A DNA stretch of 64,000 nt, taken from NCBI GenBank assembly GCA_002633005.1, contig NMRA01000263.1, forward strand, positions 24,692 to 88,691, given 5' to 3'. The position numbers were made by a program, and so were the translations under genes. The DNA is from Phoronis australis (Eukaryota; Animalia; Phoronida). How positions within the stretch are numbered: the first letter of the stretch is position 1; the number at the start of each line of letters is the position of its first letter. A model generated the notes under the pieces. The model saw only the letters and a program-made list of their open reading frames with translations, was not told the origin of the DNA and ran no database searches. Positions 38,101 to 51,170 of this stretch are shown here, in pieces.

Positions 38101-39193
38101 AGAAAACACAAGACAAAACTACTTTTGTAAGCCAGAAAATACTTGACGTCTCATCCTCATGTTATATGTAGAAATTAATAATCTTTGTACCCAAGTCTTA
38201 TTTAAGATCTGAATTAAAATATGTGAAACAGGCTAAAAGTGATATAACAATGTGTATTTTTCATGACACCTACAATGTGTGTCTGATCTCAACAAGTCAT
38301 ATTCATTATAGGTGTCAATTTTTATTCCAGTGCAATGTTACGCTATTTACTGAATAGCTTATTCATGTTAATTCGGTAACTAATTTGGTAGTCCTGGGGG
38401 TGGGGTCCGCTATAAAATAAGGAAACTCACTCATCTACAGAATTTTATTGGACACAGCATAGTTTTGAATAGAAACTGCTGTTAAAAACTCCCCCTTGAC
38501 TTTTGAGCGTCACGTACCATGTACCTCTTATGTTGGGCGAGTCCTGGGGGAGTTTCCGAAAAGAAACACGTAGTTCCACTCAATAAACCCATTATTCAGT
38601 GGGGTAGCTGGTGAGGATAACATCACCGATGTCGATAGAAACTGATTGCTAAAAACTTACCAAGTAACGTTATGTAGTCTCTCAATGGAAATGCATAGAG
38701 CTCACACGGGGCTTCGGCTTCGGCACAGCCAAGTGTTATGTCATACCAAAGAGCTATACCAGGTATTGGTCATACATCCCATGAGTGTGGGAGCATTAGA
38801 CATCAGTGGCCAACCTCAGCGTCTATATATGTATCATAGGAGAAAACTAGTTGCCAATTTCTCTTATAATATTTGATTTTAAAAATTCAAAGACGGGCAC
38901 TATTTACTTTTCAATTTTAAAAACCGTCTTGTGGCTCGTTTATGGAAGTTTTGACTTTGAAACTCGTACGCTAACCAGGCGTGTTGGTATACGAGAGCAA
39001 TTAGCTCCGCATTCATACAGCACGTTCCGCCAGGCGATGTGCAAATGGACTTCACTGAATACTCTGGGGTAAACGGTGCACGCTTTCTCGTCCACTTTCA
39101 CGTGAAAATCATGTAAGCGTAACCGATTTGCCTAAAGCACACACCTTAATAGTGAAACCTGTCATTCATACTCTGTGGTCAATAAATAGTCTA
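35170..39193. mobile_element. Decayed ISL2EU/Harbinger-like (or Kolobok-type) element: SAP+YqaJ gene (+) converging on THAP gene (-)
   Basis: + strand: LREKGASMRGSKHDLIQR|gtaagg (SAP-like, ~35300-35356); exon ~35779-35983 (VPEWTK...QDLP...KAYF); SGLFVYEEELYLTAT (~36954-36998), LKLKK and PKLDF.YKRFYRP (~37203-37240), resembling YqaJ nucleases. - strand: PCELYAFPLR (~38680-38710) and GERND.NQPPD (~38020-38060), THAP-like. Boundaries uncertain. Confidence 0.5.
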
Positions 39194-39337
39194 TTGTGCC
39201 TTTAGTAGTTATCATACCTTGTGACCTTTTATCATTCATTTTGTGCATCCACTGTAAACTACCATCTCCATCGTCTTGCGGTCTTTTCAGTTTGTGTAGC
39301 GCAAACGCTTTGGTTTATTTTAGAATTCAAGCCAGCC

Positions 39338-42300
39338 ATGGAGTACAAGCCATTTGGGCCTCTCGCTGAAAAAACGCTTTTGGGTATTGGAAGTAGACTT
39401 TTGGTAGCTACAGATGACGAGGTGCACACTTCTTTCTGGGCTAAAATAAAGAGAATGGGACTTAAATCACTTTGTGTGATTCTTCATAAGAGCGAAGTGA
39501 ACCGCTTCTGGTGTGAAAAAATGAAGGCTTTGGGAATCATTGACGAGTTTAATGTTGACGGCTTGATTCACGAAAAAGAGGATTGCCGAACGGTTGAAGA
39601 AATCGGTGACGGAATAATCAAATGGCTGAAAGATCAGAACATAAACGTGAGTGATTACTTTTGACGCCTAATTATGACTATAGTCATAGTAAATTAACAG
39701 GTGTTCCGTATTGATAACAAAATTGGCTGAAAATACCATACCACGATAGTTGTATGACTTAAGGTGCAGAATTAGGATATTCGGTCCATTTAGATATATC
39801 ATCTATGTATCAGATATATCCTGACTTAATTTGAACTGCAAGCCTAAAGCTACCAATCGCAAGTTTTCGATAAATTGTCTACACATCCGATGTCCCTTGT
39901 TTTAGTGATCAAACCAACAGGCGGCATACCTGGCAGACCACAAGCTTGATAAATATAAAATGTATCCGATATATCGTAAGTTAAAAAAAGCTTCGTATTA
40001 AGCGATCTCACCCACAGTCAGCAATGTTTAAAAAATAAAATGTATCGACTGTATTTGATACGTCGTGAGTTTGTAAAATAAAATGTTAATGCACAAATAT
40101 GCGCCACCCTGACGGCGAAGGAGTTCAAGCAAGGCCTCCTACGCAGCGAAATAATCGATTCACGACATGGGTGTCAATGAACAGTAAGGCAACGGATTCG
40201 GCCAATTGACCTATCGCAAGCTCCGTCCTTTTGTGAAAAGTCACGTACGTGACACCCGACGAACAAACAAGATGTTAGAGGTAAATACTGTTGCTGAACG
40301 ACGTGGAACCGATGAGTTTTTTGCACTATCCGAAAACGCTTCAACGGACAAACGGTGATGCTTTTCAGCAGAGTATCTTAAGTTCATGATGTAAAGGCAA
40401 CGATGAAAAAACATTAAGTGTTCGAGGGAAAGTATTTCGGAGCGAGCGAAAATCCAAAGAAACCCACAAGGGGTTCACCTTCACCTGACAAGTGACAAGG
40501 CCACTGACACGTTATACTCATGTAAAGCTCGGTATGCGCCTTAAAGTCGAATTTTCTGTATGATGCTATAGATTTCATGATCTTTTGAACAAAGAAAAGT
40601 GAAGATTCACCTGTTAAATTCCGCCAAATAAAAAGTAGGTCACGACTGGTGGGACTCCCCGTGTAAAGTAGGTCGAGTCGATAGCACTGTTTACGCTTTT
40701 CTAATTTCCGAATGAAATATTTTGATTAAAAACTCAGGTTCATAGCTCAGATACTCACTCACCTTGTCCAAGGCAAGCAGTTAGCTCCGGTAGGTCTAGG
40801 GCTGTGTCCAAGTCAAATTAATGCATGGAATTTTTCGTAATTGCACCATTAAGACATAAAGTTAGGCCTACCTTCTGATGAACATCGCATTTTTTGTAGT
40901 TTCATTGTATAAAGGTAGCTTTCAATTAATTTTAAACGTACCATGATCACTAAGTTGTGGAAAAGTTTCAAAAGATGACAAGTCTGGTGTAGTGGCGAAA
41001 ATGGCTATTTACAAACATAACTCAAAATTCTTTTTAAAGCTTCGTAAATCTAAATGCCATGTTTGAACAACTTCAAATTGAACTCTCTCTAGCTCTACAG
41101 GCGAAGTGTATACTAAAGGTTCTCATCAGAAAGTAATTCAACTATTTAGTTTTTTCGTGACAACAGCTCAACAATTCTTTGAGTTCAGTACAGAGCCCCT
41201 CCTTGCGTCAGTCGATTCTTCCAATTTTGGAGAGAAGTTCAGTTGAACGCCGACCTACGAGTATATGAATAACAAAATATGTACCTCTGCTACGAAACAA
41301 AATGATGTCCATTAGGTGTTAATAAATGAAGAGTAATAAAAATTTACTTCAAAACAACAAATTCAGCGTACTACCGCTAGACTACTGATGCGAACCAGCA
41401 AGTGCCGAGACAGAGGCTGCGAGACAGAGTGAAACTCTGGAGTCGACACGTTTTGCGAGTCTGACGTATATCAGGTAGCATTCAATCAAGCCAGATTTGT
41501 AAAAAGACAGCACTTTTGGGCCACATTTTTGGAATCGGTAGGAAATTTGCTTTCAGAATTTAATGTTGGCTTTAGTCGTGCATCGGTAGGAGAGTCATGG
41601 TTTTGGGGTGAAAGGTTCCGCTTTTTAGTCTATAATTCCTGTATTCTTAATCCCGCACCTGTCTGTAGAGCTAAGGCCTAATGCGTCTAAAAGTTGGGAG
41701 ACGTCGAAAATGGAATATTTGCACAAAGAATAATTCTCCTTCCTTCCGTACACTTTTTAATATAAACCTATTTTCAAAACTGTTCCGTACTTGCACGACT
41801 GTTTAACTACACATATTTCAAATGCCGAAAACGTTGCCGAATCCAGTCCTACATCATATCCCTATGAAACCAATTACCAGTATTTTGCATTCATTGCATC
41901 TTGATGTTTACATTATATACGCATATGCACTGTACAGGCAAATGGTGTTTACGTTCTTGGCGATTTCTCGGCCGTGGTTGGAAGTTACGTTTGTGAAAAA
42001 CTCGGCATTCCTGTGGACAGCTACGAGAGTACCATGGCGTGTTTCCTGAAGGATCTCACGCAGGAATACGTGCTTAAAGCCCCAAAAGCTGCAAAAGTGA
42101 GTGGACATTGAGTTTGAAAATATATATAAGCGTAGTCAGATCATACTTTATAGTGGGGAAAGTGACGAGCAGGGGAAAACAGATTATTAGTTGGAAGCGA
42201 GCCAAGAATTTGAGAAGCCCATGGGTGAAATCTAGACAGGATGATTACGGGGGAAGTCTCAGTGGCAATCAAAGTGAGTGTTAGAAGAGCAAAACCAAAG

Positions 42301-44898
42301 GTACCACTGGCGCAGTCACATGAATTGTTCTAAGACCCCTTGACCCAACACCTCACGATCCTGTCGACCCACAGCCCCCACAACCCCCTCCAACCACGAC
42401 CTGCGGCAATAGATGTTTGCGTTTTTTGAACATTTCATAATTTATATTACGTTGCTGAGTGACTTTCTCAAGATTTACCTACACGCGAATCTGCTTTGGG
42501 TCAAGTCTGGTGGTTTAAAATAAAGTGGTTTAATAACATGATCTGAAATAGCGGAATGTGGGCGTGCTATTGTTGTTACAGAAATATTTACAGGTGCACC
42601 TACCGATTGCCCTGTTCTACTAAGCCTAGGGAGAGAGTAAGTTAACGTGAATGCTTTCTGTTTTATACTCGTTAGCAATGCACTCCATATACCGTTGAGA
42701 TAATTTTTCAGTTAAAAGGTTGTTTTTTCAAACTGTATCTATTGAAGAAATTACACATTCGTAGGTTCCTCCCATTCTCCCAAAAAGCTTGAATTCGCCA
42801 TTTACTTAAGAGCAGAGGAGACGATTATATTCTGCCGGGACCGACATTTGTAACGTTTGTAAATCTTTGATTTGATTGCGTTCTTTTTTTTCTTCTGTTT
42901 TTGGCTTTCAAACTTGCCACACCGACTCTCTTAATTCCAAAAAAACAGGGTTACACCAGCCGAGCAAATCATTGCGTGTTCTATGTTTAGATCCAGTCAA
43001 GCTTTGTCGACTGGGTCGAGGGTGTTGTGGGCCGTTGGTCGAGGGAGCCGTGGGGTATGAGGGTCGAACAATCCCATTCAAATCCCACGTTGCAATAGCT
43101 GTCTATAGCTAACCTGCCTGAAATTCGCAGGATGTACGTGCAACTCCCCAATGGAAAATAGCTAAGTCTGTAGAGGCTGACCAGTTTCATTCTTTTGTTA
43201 GATAAACAAGTTTTTTTGACCTAGGTGATTGCAGTTTGCTGAACTGAGGAGTTTGATACAAGATGTAATCACAGTTTCCTCTATCTTGTCCGGATCGAAT
43301 GAGCGAAATCTTCTTGCTCTCATTTTGCCACCTAGATATCTTCGTCCCCAGTCTTTATTATTACAGTATGGCGTGCCTAGCTACTCTGTGAACTCCAAGA
43401 AAGAACTGCAGGCAACTTTGACCAAATTAACGTTCCCTGTTGTCATGAAGCCTCTGTGTGGAAGCGGTTCTGTTGGCTGCCAAGTCCACTATGACGTGAC
43501 CAGCTGTTTACAATTCTTCAGTGAGCTGACCACTGGCATGCTTTGTGGGACAGCAGGACTTGACAAACTGTCATATACTCAATCGGTAACTTGGTTTGAT
43601 TTTTAATCCTTGAGGTGAAAGGTGTGAGGTACAGTTTAACAGAGGTTACTTATTTAATAATAATATACAACGGCAAGCGTTCAGTAGCAACAGCAAAAAC
43701 TTGCATTTTTCCTGCTATATAAGCATAGTCCAAGTTTTGTGGCACTCGGCCTCTGCGTACGCAACGAATTTACTGACGTTTGTGAACTTGTTTGCATCAA
43801 GAATCATAGCTCTAAATGCAAAAGTAATTTTGTGCAGCTCACAAACTGAATCAATATTATGGGCATTTCAAATTTTCTAGATGATACTACTTGAAAACAA
43901 AATGTACGCATTAGTGGTAATCACAACGGGAACAGGACACAATTGCCTTCAGTGCTACTGAACTGGGGCACATTCCGGGGACACAAAAACTCACAAAACG
44001 CAAGATCATGTAAGATTTCGGCAGCATATCGTAAAGCAAAACACGGCACCTAACCAGCTTGTCTCGCGAGTACCTTGTGCCTCTTCTGCTTTCTCCTCTC
44101 AATCCACCCACCTGGTTTTCAAAACCATTGAGCCTAATTCTTAATTAGCACCACCTAGCGAATACTGAGTCGCTCGCTAAAGATCTCTCTGTACTTCAGG
44201 TGCTGGTTATGGAATACCTGAAAGGTGACAAATATTCAGTTGACGTGGTGATTTCCCGGGGAAAACGTGTTGGCGGTTTTGTTGTTAGAAGAGGCCCTCC
44301 CCCACTTCCGGAGTTTTGGAACACTTCTGTCATCATTCCTGGTGGTGATTCAGACAAAGTGGACGAGGAATTGGTTGAAGCCTCGTATCAATGCTGTCGA
44401 GCCGTCGGTCTTCGCCAAGGGGTCTACAACGTCGAACTTATCCGTGTCAATGGTAACGAGACGCCAAGGTTAATCGAGATCAATCCACGTCCTGCAGGTA
44501 ATATGTTGGTTATATTACATCAAGAAGCGTATGCTAATGACACTCAGGTCATACATGGGAAACTCTGCTGTAACACTGAACTTTCTTTCGGTGAGATGAA
44601 GATTGAGCCCAAAAGACACGTGGCAGCCTATTACTTTGACTTGGTTAGGCGCAAAGATAAGCTGAAAACAGCTTACGGACACATGTTATCCAACGCAAAG
44701 GAATACGATGTCAAGATGCTAAATGTTGGAATCAAAACTACGACAGAAATGATGTACGAAAACTCCAAGGCCGTGCGCCCAGTTCTAATAGTGATGACGT
44801 CAGCCGAATCGAGATGTGAGGCGATCAATAAATTAAGTCGATTTCTCGTTGATTCAAAGTACTTCGACTGTATGGAAGAAGCATTGCTGTACTTTTAA
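39338..44898 (+). CDS. ATP-grasp amide ligase, CARNS1-like, half-size form, copy 2 (461 aa, 4 coding exons)
   Basis: Exons 39338-39646, 41938-42096, 43367-43585, 44200-44898; same exon lengths and phases as copy 1, canonical GT-AG, no stops or frameshifts; motifs FPVVMKPLCGSGSVGC, GVYNVEL, LIEINPRPAG; ccagccATGG start. Confidence 0.88.
40204..41305 (+). repeat. ~1 kb dispersed repeat in intron 1 of copy 2 (partner 33325-34290)
   Basis: Colinear similarity to 33325-34290. Confidence 0.75.
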
Positions 44899-45089
44899 AC
44901 TAATGATTCGTAAGCTAATAAATCTCAGGCAGTGACAACTATTCTCATGAGACAAAACACCCGAGTTATACGTAACAACACAGTGATACTAGCCTCTGCC
45001 GAGCTTCAGTAGTGCCGAACTCTCACTGATAGTAAATGCGCGCCCTATGTGTCCGCCGTGGCTATTACGTTGCTGAAGAGACTTGACAC

Positions 45090-45095
45090 AATAAA
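45090..45095 (+). promoter_or_regulatory. Candidate polyadenylation signal of copy 2
   Basis: AATAAA about 190 nt after the stop, same context as in copy 1. Confidence 0.5.
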
Positions 45096-45574
45096 CGTTT
45101 GCTATGCGTAACTGAATGACACATAACACCTGGATCCCGACGGAGGCTGAGTAACTCAAAGTGGGCATTGAGGCAATGTTGTAATTGCGACAGGAGCTGC
45201 ACGGTCCCAGTCTTTTAGCTTGTTTAATATTCGGTAAATATTAATTGCTGCTCTTTTTCTTTTCATTGGAAATGAATCGGCAGGTGATGGGAATAGATAT
45301 ATTTTTGTATATTCGGTAATGGCAATTAATATAAATGGTTAATGAATAGTTCAGTTGTGACGTAGTTCATGTAGTGTTGACACTTTTAAGGGTCAACTGA
45401 TTTAAACTTCATTTGAAGTGCTTGACGTATGCACAAAGATCAACGGTGTCAAAAGTTTCTAGTTGTATGCACACCATCTCGATCCTGTGTTCAATTTTTT
45501 TGATGTTAACATTTATTAAGTCAACCAACATACATTGTATATGTACAACAATATGAAGTCTAATCACGTATGCC

Positions 45575-47327
45575 AAACAAGAGCAACGCGGAGCGTTGAA
45601 ATCCGCCCACGAATGCATTGCAAATGGTGTGCTTTTAGGGTTATTTATTTCTATCATAAAAATGGCCACTAGATGGCGCAAAAACGTATAATACATCCAA
45701 AAACGGGAACATGCCATATTTCATAAAAATCTGTCAAGGAACTTCAGAGAAACAAAGGAAAGCAGAACAAAATGAAATTAATTGCCACTTGGGGGCAGAG
45801 CATCCGTTCCATCCGCCTGAAAGTCGTCGTCTGTTATCTTCATATAAATTCACTTACTAAATTTAATAAAGATCCTGCAGTGGGTTTTGGAGATACAGCT
45901 ATGGGCGCAAAACAAAACAAAACTACAACTAGGAGGCGCCACAGTAGCCAGTCGCCAACATAAACGTTCTATTCACGCTGAAAACATATACGCCAATTTT
46001 CAAAACCATCCCTAGAATGATTTGGTTGATCGAGGGGTGGACGCCAAAAACAACAATTGAAAACAGCAAAAATAACCACCAGGTGGCGCAAAATACCTTG
46101 ATTCCATCCGAAAACAGGATGATAGCGTCATCTTACCAGTAGATGCCTGTATTCAAAATTTTATGAAAATCTGTTGAGGACCTTAGAAGATACAGACTGG
46201 TAAACTTTAAAATCTAGAATTGTCACTAGGGGGCACACCAGCGGTCACATCCGTCCGAAAGTCGTCATCGTCCATTGTCAACATCATATAAATACACTTG
46301 CTGAATCAAGTAAAGATCATGCAAACGGTTTAATAGATACAGCCCTGAGCGCAAAAAAACAAAACTGCCACTAGGAGGCACCACAGTAGTCAAACTCAAC
46401 AAAAAGTCGTCGTCATCCGTCCAATTCATAGTAAAAACATACATGCAAATTTTCACAATTATCCTGAAAGCGGTTTGGTTGATAGATGATTGGTCGCCAA
46501 AAAACATATACTCTAAAACCGTAAAAATGGCCACTAGGTGACGCAAACTAGGTCGAATCCATCTGAAAACGGAAAGATAGCGTCACCTCATTAACAGATG
46601 CCTGTAGGCCAAATTTTTATGGAAACACGTTGAAGACCTTTAAACATACAGAGGTAAACTTAAAAAAATAAAATTGCCACTAGGTGGCACACCAGTAGTC
46701 AGATAAGTCTGAAAGTTGTCGTCCTCCGTTGTTAACATCATATAAATACACTTATTAAATTTAGTAAAGATCCTGCAAACGGATTAGGGGATACAGCCAT
46801 AGGCGCAAAAAAACAAAACTGTCACTAGGAGCCGCAACAGTAGTCGAAGTCGTCGAAAAATCATCGTCAGTCGTCCACTTCATAGTAAGAACATACATGC
46901 CAATTTTCATAATCATCCTTTGAGCGGTTTGGTTGATAGAGGGGTGGACGCAAAAAACAGACTCGAAAACAGTAAAAATGGCCACTAGGTGGCGCAAACT
47001 ACGTCAAATCCATCTGAAACGAGAAAACAGCGTCACCTCACCAATAGGTGCCTATATACCAAGTTTTATGAAAATCCGTTCAGGACTTTTGAAGATACAG
47101 AGGTAAACGTAAGAAATTAAAATTGCCACTAGGGGGCACACCGGTTGTCAAATCCATGTTCGCTCATGCCGTCAAATCCAGGGAAGGAACACATTTGCAA
47201 AATTTCATGAAGATACATCAAGGCGTTTTGGAGATAGAGCAGCGGACGCCGGTCGCCGGACGGACGGACGAACGGACGGAGATGACGGCATAATGCGTCC
47301 ACATATAAATATGTGGGCGCATAAAAA
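45575..47327 (+). mobile_element. Helentron-associated (HINE/DINE-1-like) non-autonomous element with internal ~150 bp tandem array
   Basis: 5' aacaagag + hairpin caacgc-gga-gcgttg; subterminal IR atccgcccac (45601) / gtgggcgcat (47313); ~120-160 bp monomers forming a ~450 bp higher-order unit; (cgga)n tract 47257-47280; 3' hairpin atgcgtccacat...atgtgggcgcat followed by an A run. Confidence 0.7.
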
Positions 47328-47399
47328 TTAAGACACTATCGAATCCTATAAAAAACAAATTACTATGCAAAATTACAAGAATACCTTGCCTGAAATCTC

Positions 47400-50170
47400 T
47401 CAGGTGCAAATTTATGATTAAATAATTTTTCCTGGTTGTGGTAATCACAATGACTAAAATGTGGGTTTAGCGTTTTGCAATCTGCCTATGGGAATGAAAT
47501 TTCGCTAAGCAATGACTTAACTTTACAATTTTCTACAGGCTGGATCTTCGGTGGAGATGTTTAACTGGAGAGGGATGGACATTGATTGATCATCCATATG
47601 TTTAAACAACTCCAAAAATCCTGAACAAGTGATCATTCCCAACTTAAAATGCTCAATTCTTTCTTCGTGTTTCTCACAGAAAGAATCCAAAGACGATTGG
47701 CGAACCTATTTTGTCTAAGTAAGAGTTTTTACCAATGTCCAAAGACATTTGGGGAAACCCATTTTCTTTATGTAAAAGATTCCACCAATAAGTCTGTGGT
47801 TGATATGGAAATGAAATCATCTGAGTCTGAAATCGGAAGTACAATGGCATATTACAGAATCAACTCTTTCCCAAGACTGCGTATCACCGATCAAGTTTAA
47901 TCTCTCTTTCTCCCACTTCAATTTGGCGACGGGTTTGACATACAAGTTGGAAATGAATAATTATGAATTTTCCGTCCCTTTATTAACCGAGGATATTTGA
48001 AAACATTATTTCACCCACCTTTGCAGCTCAACATATATAACTTTTGTATTTATCAATATGTGTAGCAGTTTAGTTTGCCATAATATATATGACGTTTTGT
48101 CTCACCCTCTCGTGTTGTTTCACTATAAACTAGCTTCGGCATCGCTTCACAGTTAGCGCATAGCAAATATGTTCAGGGAAAATGGAGTGACTTAAGTACT
48201 CTAGCCTCTCAGATGATTCCGAAAACGAAGTGTTGAACTTCTTTCCACAGAAATGTTTAATACAAGGAAAGAATGAATAAAAACGTGCACAAAAGGTATG
48301 ATAAACAAATTGTGGCCTTTATCAGGCTAATTAAGTCATATACGTATCGTTCACCATTTAAAACAAATCGTTCCAAAAATTGGAATACTGTCTATACAAA
48401 TGATAGAGTTATACATCAAAGTTAGGTACAAAGAGTCATCTATATCACACAGATTGATAAATTCGTGTAAGATGTAAAATATCCTTCCAGAAATATTTTG
48501 AATACGATTATCTACTAGAACGGAAAAACAAGCTCCTAATTGAAAAGAAATAATTTTTACATTAGGAATAGTTTCACATAAAATATTGAGTCAGGGCAAA
48601 GTATTGTGGTTATAATAATAATGACGCAATACGGACCTTATTCCCACCTCCATCTTCAGAGTTCTTTACCATAGCCATTCTAAAGACTCTATCGATAGAG
48701 CTACCCCACATATGATTAAAAAATACTTTTTCACTGACCTCCAAAAGGTATGACTTGGAAAAGGAAGTGTGTAAAAAAGGTGAACAATTTTTGTCAATAA
48801 AAAAGGTTTGACAACCGTTATCTTACCAAAGGTGTTTAAATTTCTTTTTGACAAATCTTTAATTCCATTGCTGGCCTCGTTCAGTTTTGCATAGTAGTTT
48901 AAATGAATCACGTCCTGTAAATTGACAGAAAAGGTAATTCCAAGGGGTGTGAACTGAGAACTTGTCCATTTTAAATCTCTTTCACTAAGAAGTTTATCAC
49001 CACAACGTTTTTTCCAACCGATCAAACACAAACAATTTTATCCATATTGGGTGTCAAACCAGAATACTTAGCGCACTGATCGAGAAGGTCCAGTGATACA
49101 TGTGACTATAAAGAGGTTTCTGAATCGTCAAGAAAGAAGACCGAGTCGTCGGCATATCGCATACTGCAAAGAGCCTATTTTCAAGCCTTTAACATTTTCG
49201 CATTTCCTGAGTATAGATGCCATAATTTCGGCACACAACAAAAAAGATTAGTTGGCAGGGGGTCTCCTTGTCGGCAACTTTGGCAAACGGTTAGATGTAA
49301 AACCACACTGAATGACCGAAAGTCACTTTCATTGAGTACTGGGAAGCAACAAAAATTGAAATAGTGTAGAGCTTTATTAAAATATCCCAAGAACACAGAA
49401 CCAAAGGTTTTTCGAAATCAATTAACACCAGAAATCCGAGGATATCATTGACTTCAGTACATTGTAATATATAAATCTCTCTGGTGTTCTCTCCGATAAA
49501 ACGACCGAGAATAAACCCAGTTTGATTAGGATGAATAAATACATTTAAGACAGAGTTTATCCTTTGGACAATTATGCTGATAATTTATAACTTTAATTTA
49601 CTAAAAAATCGGTCTCCAATTTTTCATATATTCATGTGCTTTCTTGCCCTTAGGGATCAAGATAGTGACACTTTGACGCAAGGGGGTAGGAAGATGGCCA
49701 ATTCGATAACTAATTAAAAGATTTGATCGAAATGACAATTATCTCTTTCCAATAAAAACTTGTAAAACTCTATAGGAAAACCATCAGTTTCCGGAGTTAT
49801 ATCATTTTCTTGTATTTAAGGACAGCAGCTGCTTCACTACATGTTATTGGGCCCTCGAGTTTTTATGTCAAGTCATCGTCTAGTTTCGGTATATTTTCAG
49901 GAGACAAGTATTCTAATTCATTTTCTTTGGCTGCATAGAAGTAATCTGCTGCACACAGTATAGCTTTTTTAGTCTGTCAAATTTCCTCTAGACTCGTCTA
50001 TACCTATAAGTCTACGAACATATTTTAATTACGTAATTGCGTTTTCCTTAAGTTGGGCTGTTTTTCACAATCCTTGACCCATTTTACCCGAGATCTCCAC
50101 ATCATGCCTTTCACTTTGTCTTTTCTAATTTCATAATGCTCTCTTTGTCAAACCTTAAACTTAAGACGAT
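47400..50170 (-). mobile_element. Decayed L1/Tx1-clade LINE ORF2 (RT and downstream)
   Basis: CRQGDPLP (ORF 49181-49396), YADDS (~49143-49157), LGITFS...NLNTFGKITVVK (ORF 48666-49031); 49470-50140 is homologous to 3655-4370. Left boundary approximate. Confidence 0.8.
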
Positions 50171-50619
50171 TTCCAAAGCAATTGCATCATTAATGCCAAC
50201 ACAAAAAACGGATTTGGTCCTTTGGGCAATTGAAGACTATTTTAAACACACCAACTTTTGTTAAGAACTGAGTACACAAAATATAAACCGTGTAATAAGC
50301 AATAGAAAAAGAAGTAGGTTTCGCGCGCAAACGCTGTGGACCATAAACAAGTAGGTCTCTTAGTGGTGCAGTGGTAAAACACCTGCGCGGGCAGGTGTTC
50401 GAGTCCTTGTAATTTACGTTTTCCAGTTTGACACGTTCTTCGATAATACTTCAGGAATCAAGGAAAATGCTTGATTTTAGAGGAAAAAACGAAAATTTCT
50501 GATGGGCGGGAAACCCCCCTCTCGACTTCCCTCCTTTGGGTGCTATGCTCATCGACAATCGTGCTTTGCGCAAATGTTTAATAGACAAAATGTCGCCATC
50601 CCCCCCCACATGCAAGGCT

Positions 50620-51170
50620 CTAGCATTTCTAAATGCGATTATCCAAAATGGTCTCTCGCTAATGCATCCAGGAAACAGGGAACGTCCTTGAGCTACCTGA
50701 AACTATTGTCTCTTTCTCGTACGTGGGGGTGCATCTGAAACAGTACAACGGATCTGTGGTCTGTTCGATAGCAAAGTGGCGCATGAACCATTTAAAACGT
50801 TGAGGCAAACCTTGGCGCATCCTAAAGACAAATAAGAGAAAGATCGTATTAGTGGTGTAAATCATGACATTCACTGCGAGGGGGCACGATGTTAGTTTTA
50901 AATGAGCAAGACTGAACAACATCTCAAGAAACGTGTGTACCAATAAAAGAGCTGTTGAGGAAGAATTTCATCTGCGTTATACAACCATTTGTAAGACACG
51001 ACACATGAGTTCTGCAATGACGTTTTAGACATCCTGCACAGAGAGAAAACTGGTTCGAAAGAGGGGTGCAGAAGTTTATTTATATCTGTGCACTGGAACC
51101 TCCCAATAAGCTTGGTGGCGCCAGATTCAAATTGTCGTCTGCGTTGAATGAGGTTATCAAATAAACGAGA
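50620..51170 (+). mobile_element. Penelope-like element 3' fragment (RT C-terminus + GIY-YIG endonuclease)
   Basis: CDYPKW; ASETVQRI...PFKTLRQTLAHPKDK*EKDRISGVNHDIHC; ENWFERGVQKFIYI...NKLGGARFKLS; these follow the Penelope/Poseidon pattern TLR..L.HPKDK and WFERGVKEAIY. Confidence 0.75.

Noticed and set aside
45655-47150. CRISPR-like array
   Set aside because: Intervening sequences are homologous to one another (tandem monomers), context is eukaryotic and no cas genes are present.
50356-50410. Functional tRNA gene (also 31600-31645 and 54916-54999)
   Set aside because: Only A/B-box-like words; no complete cloverleaf could be folded.
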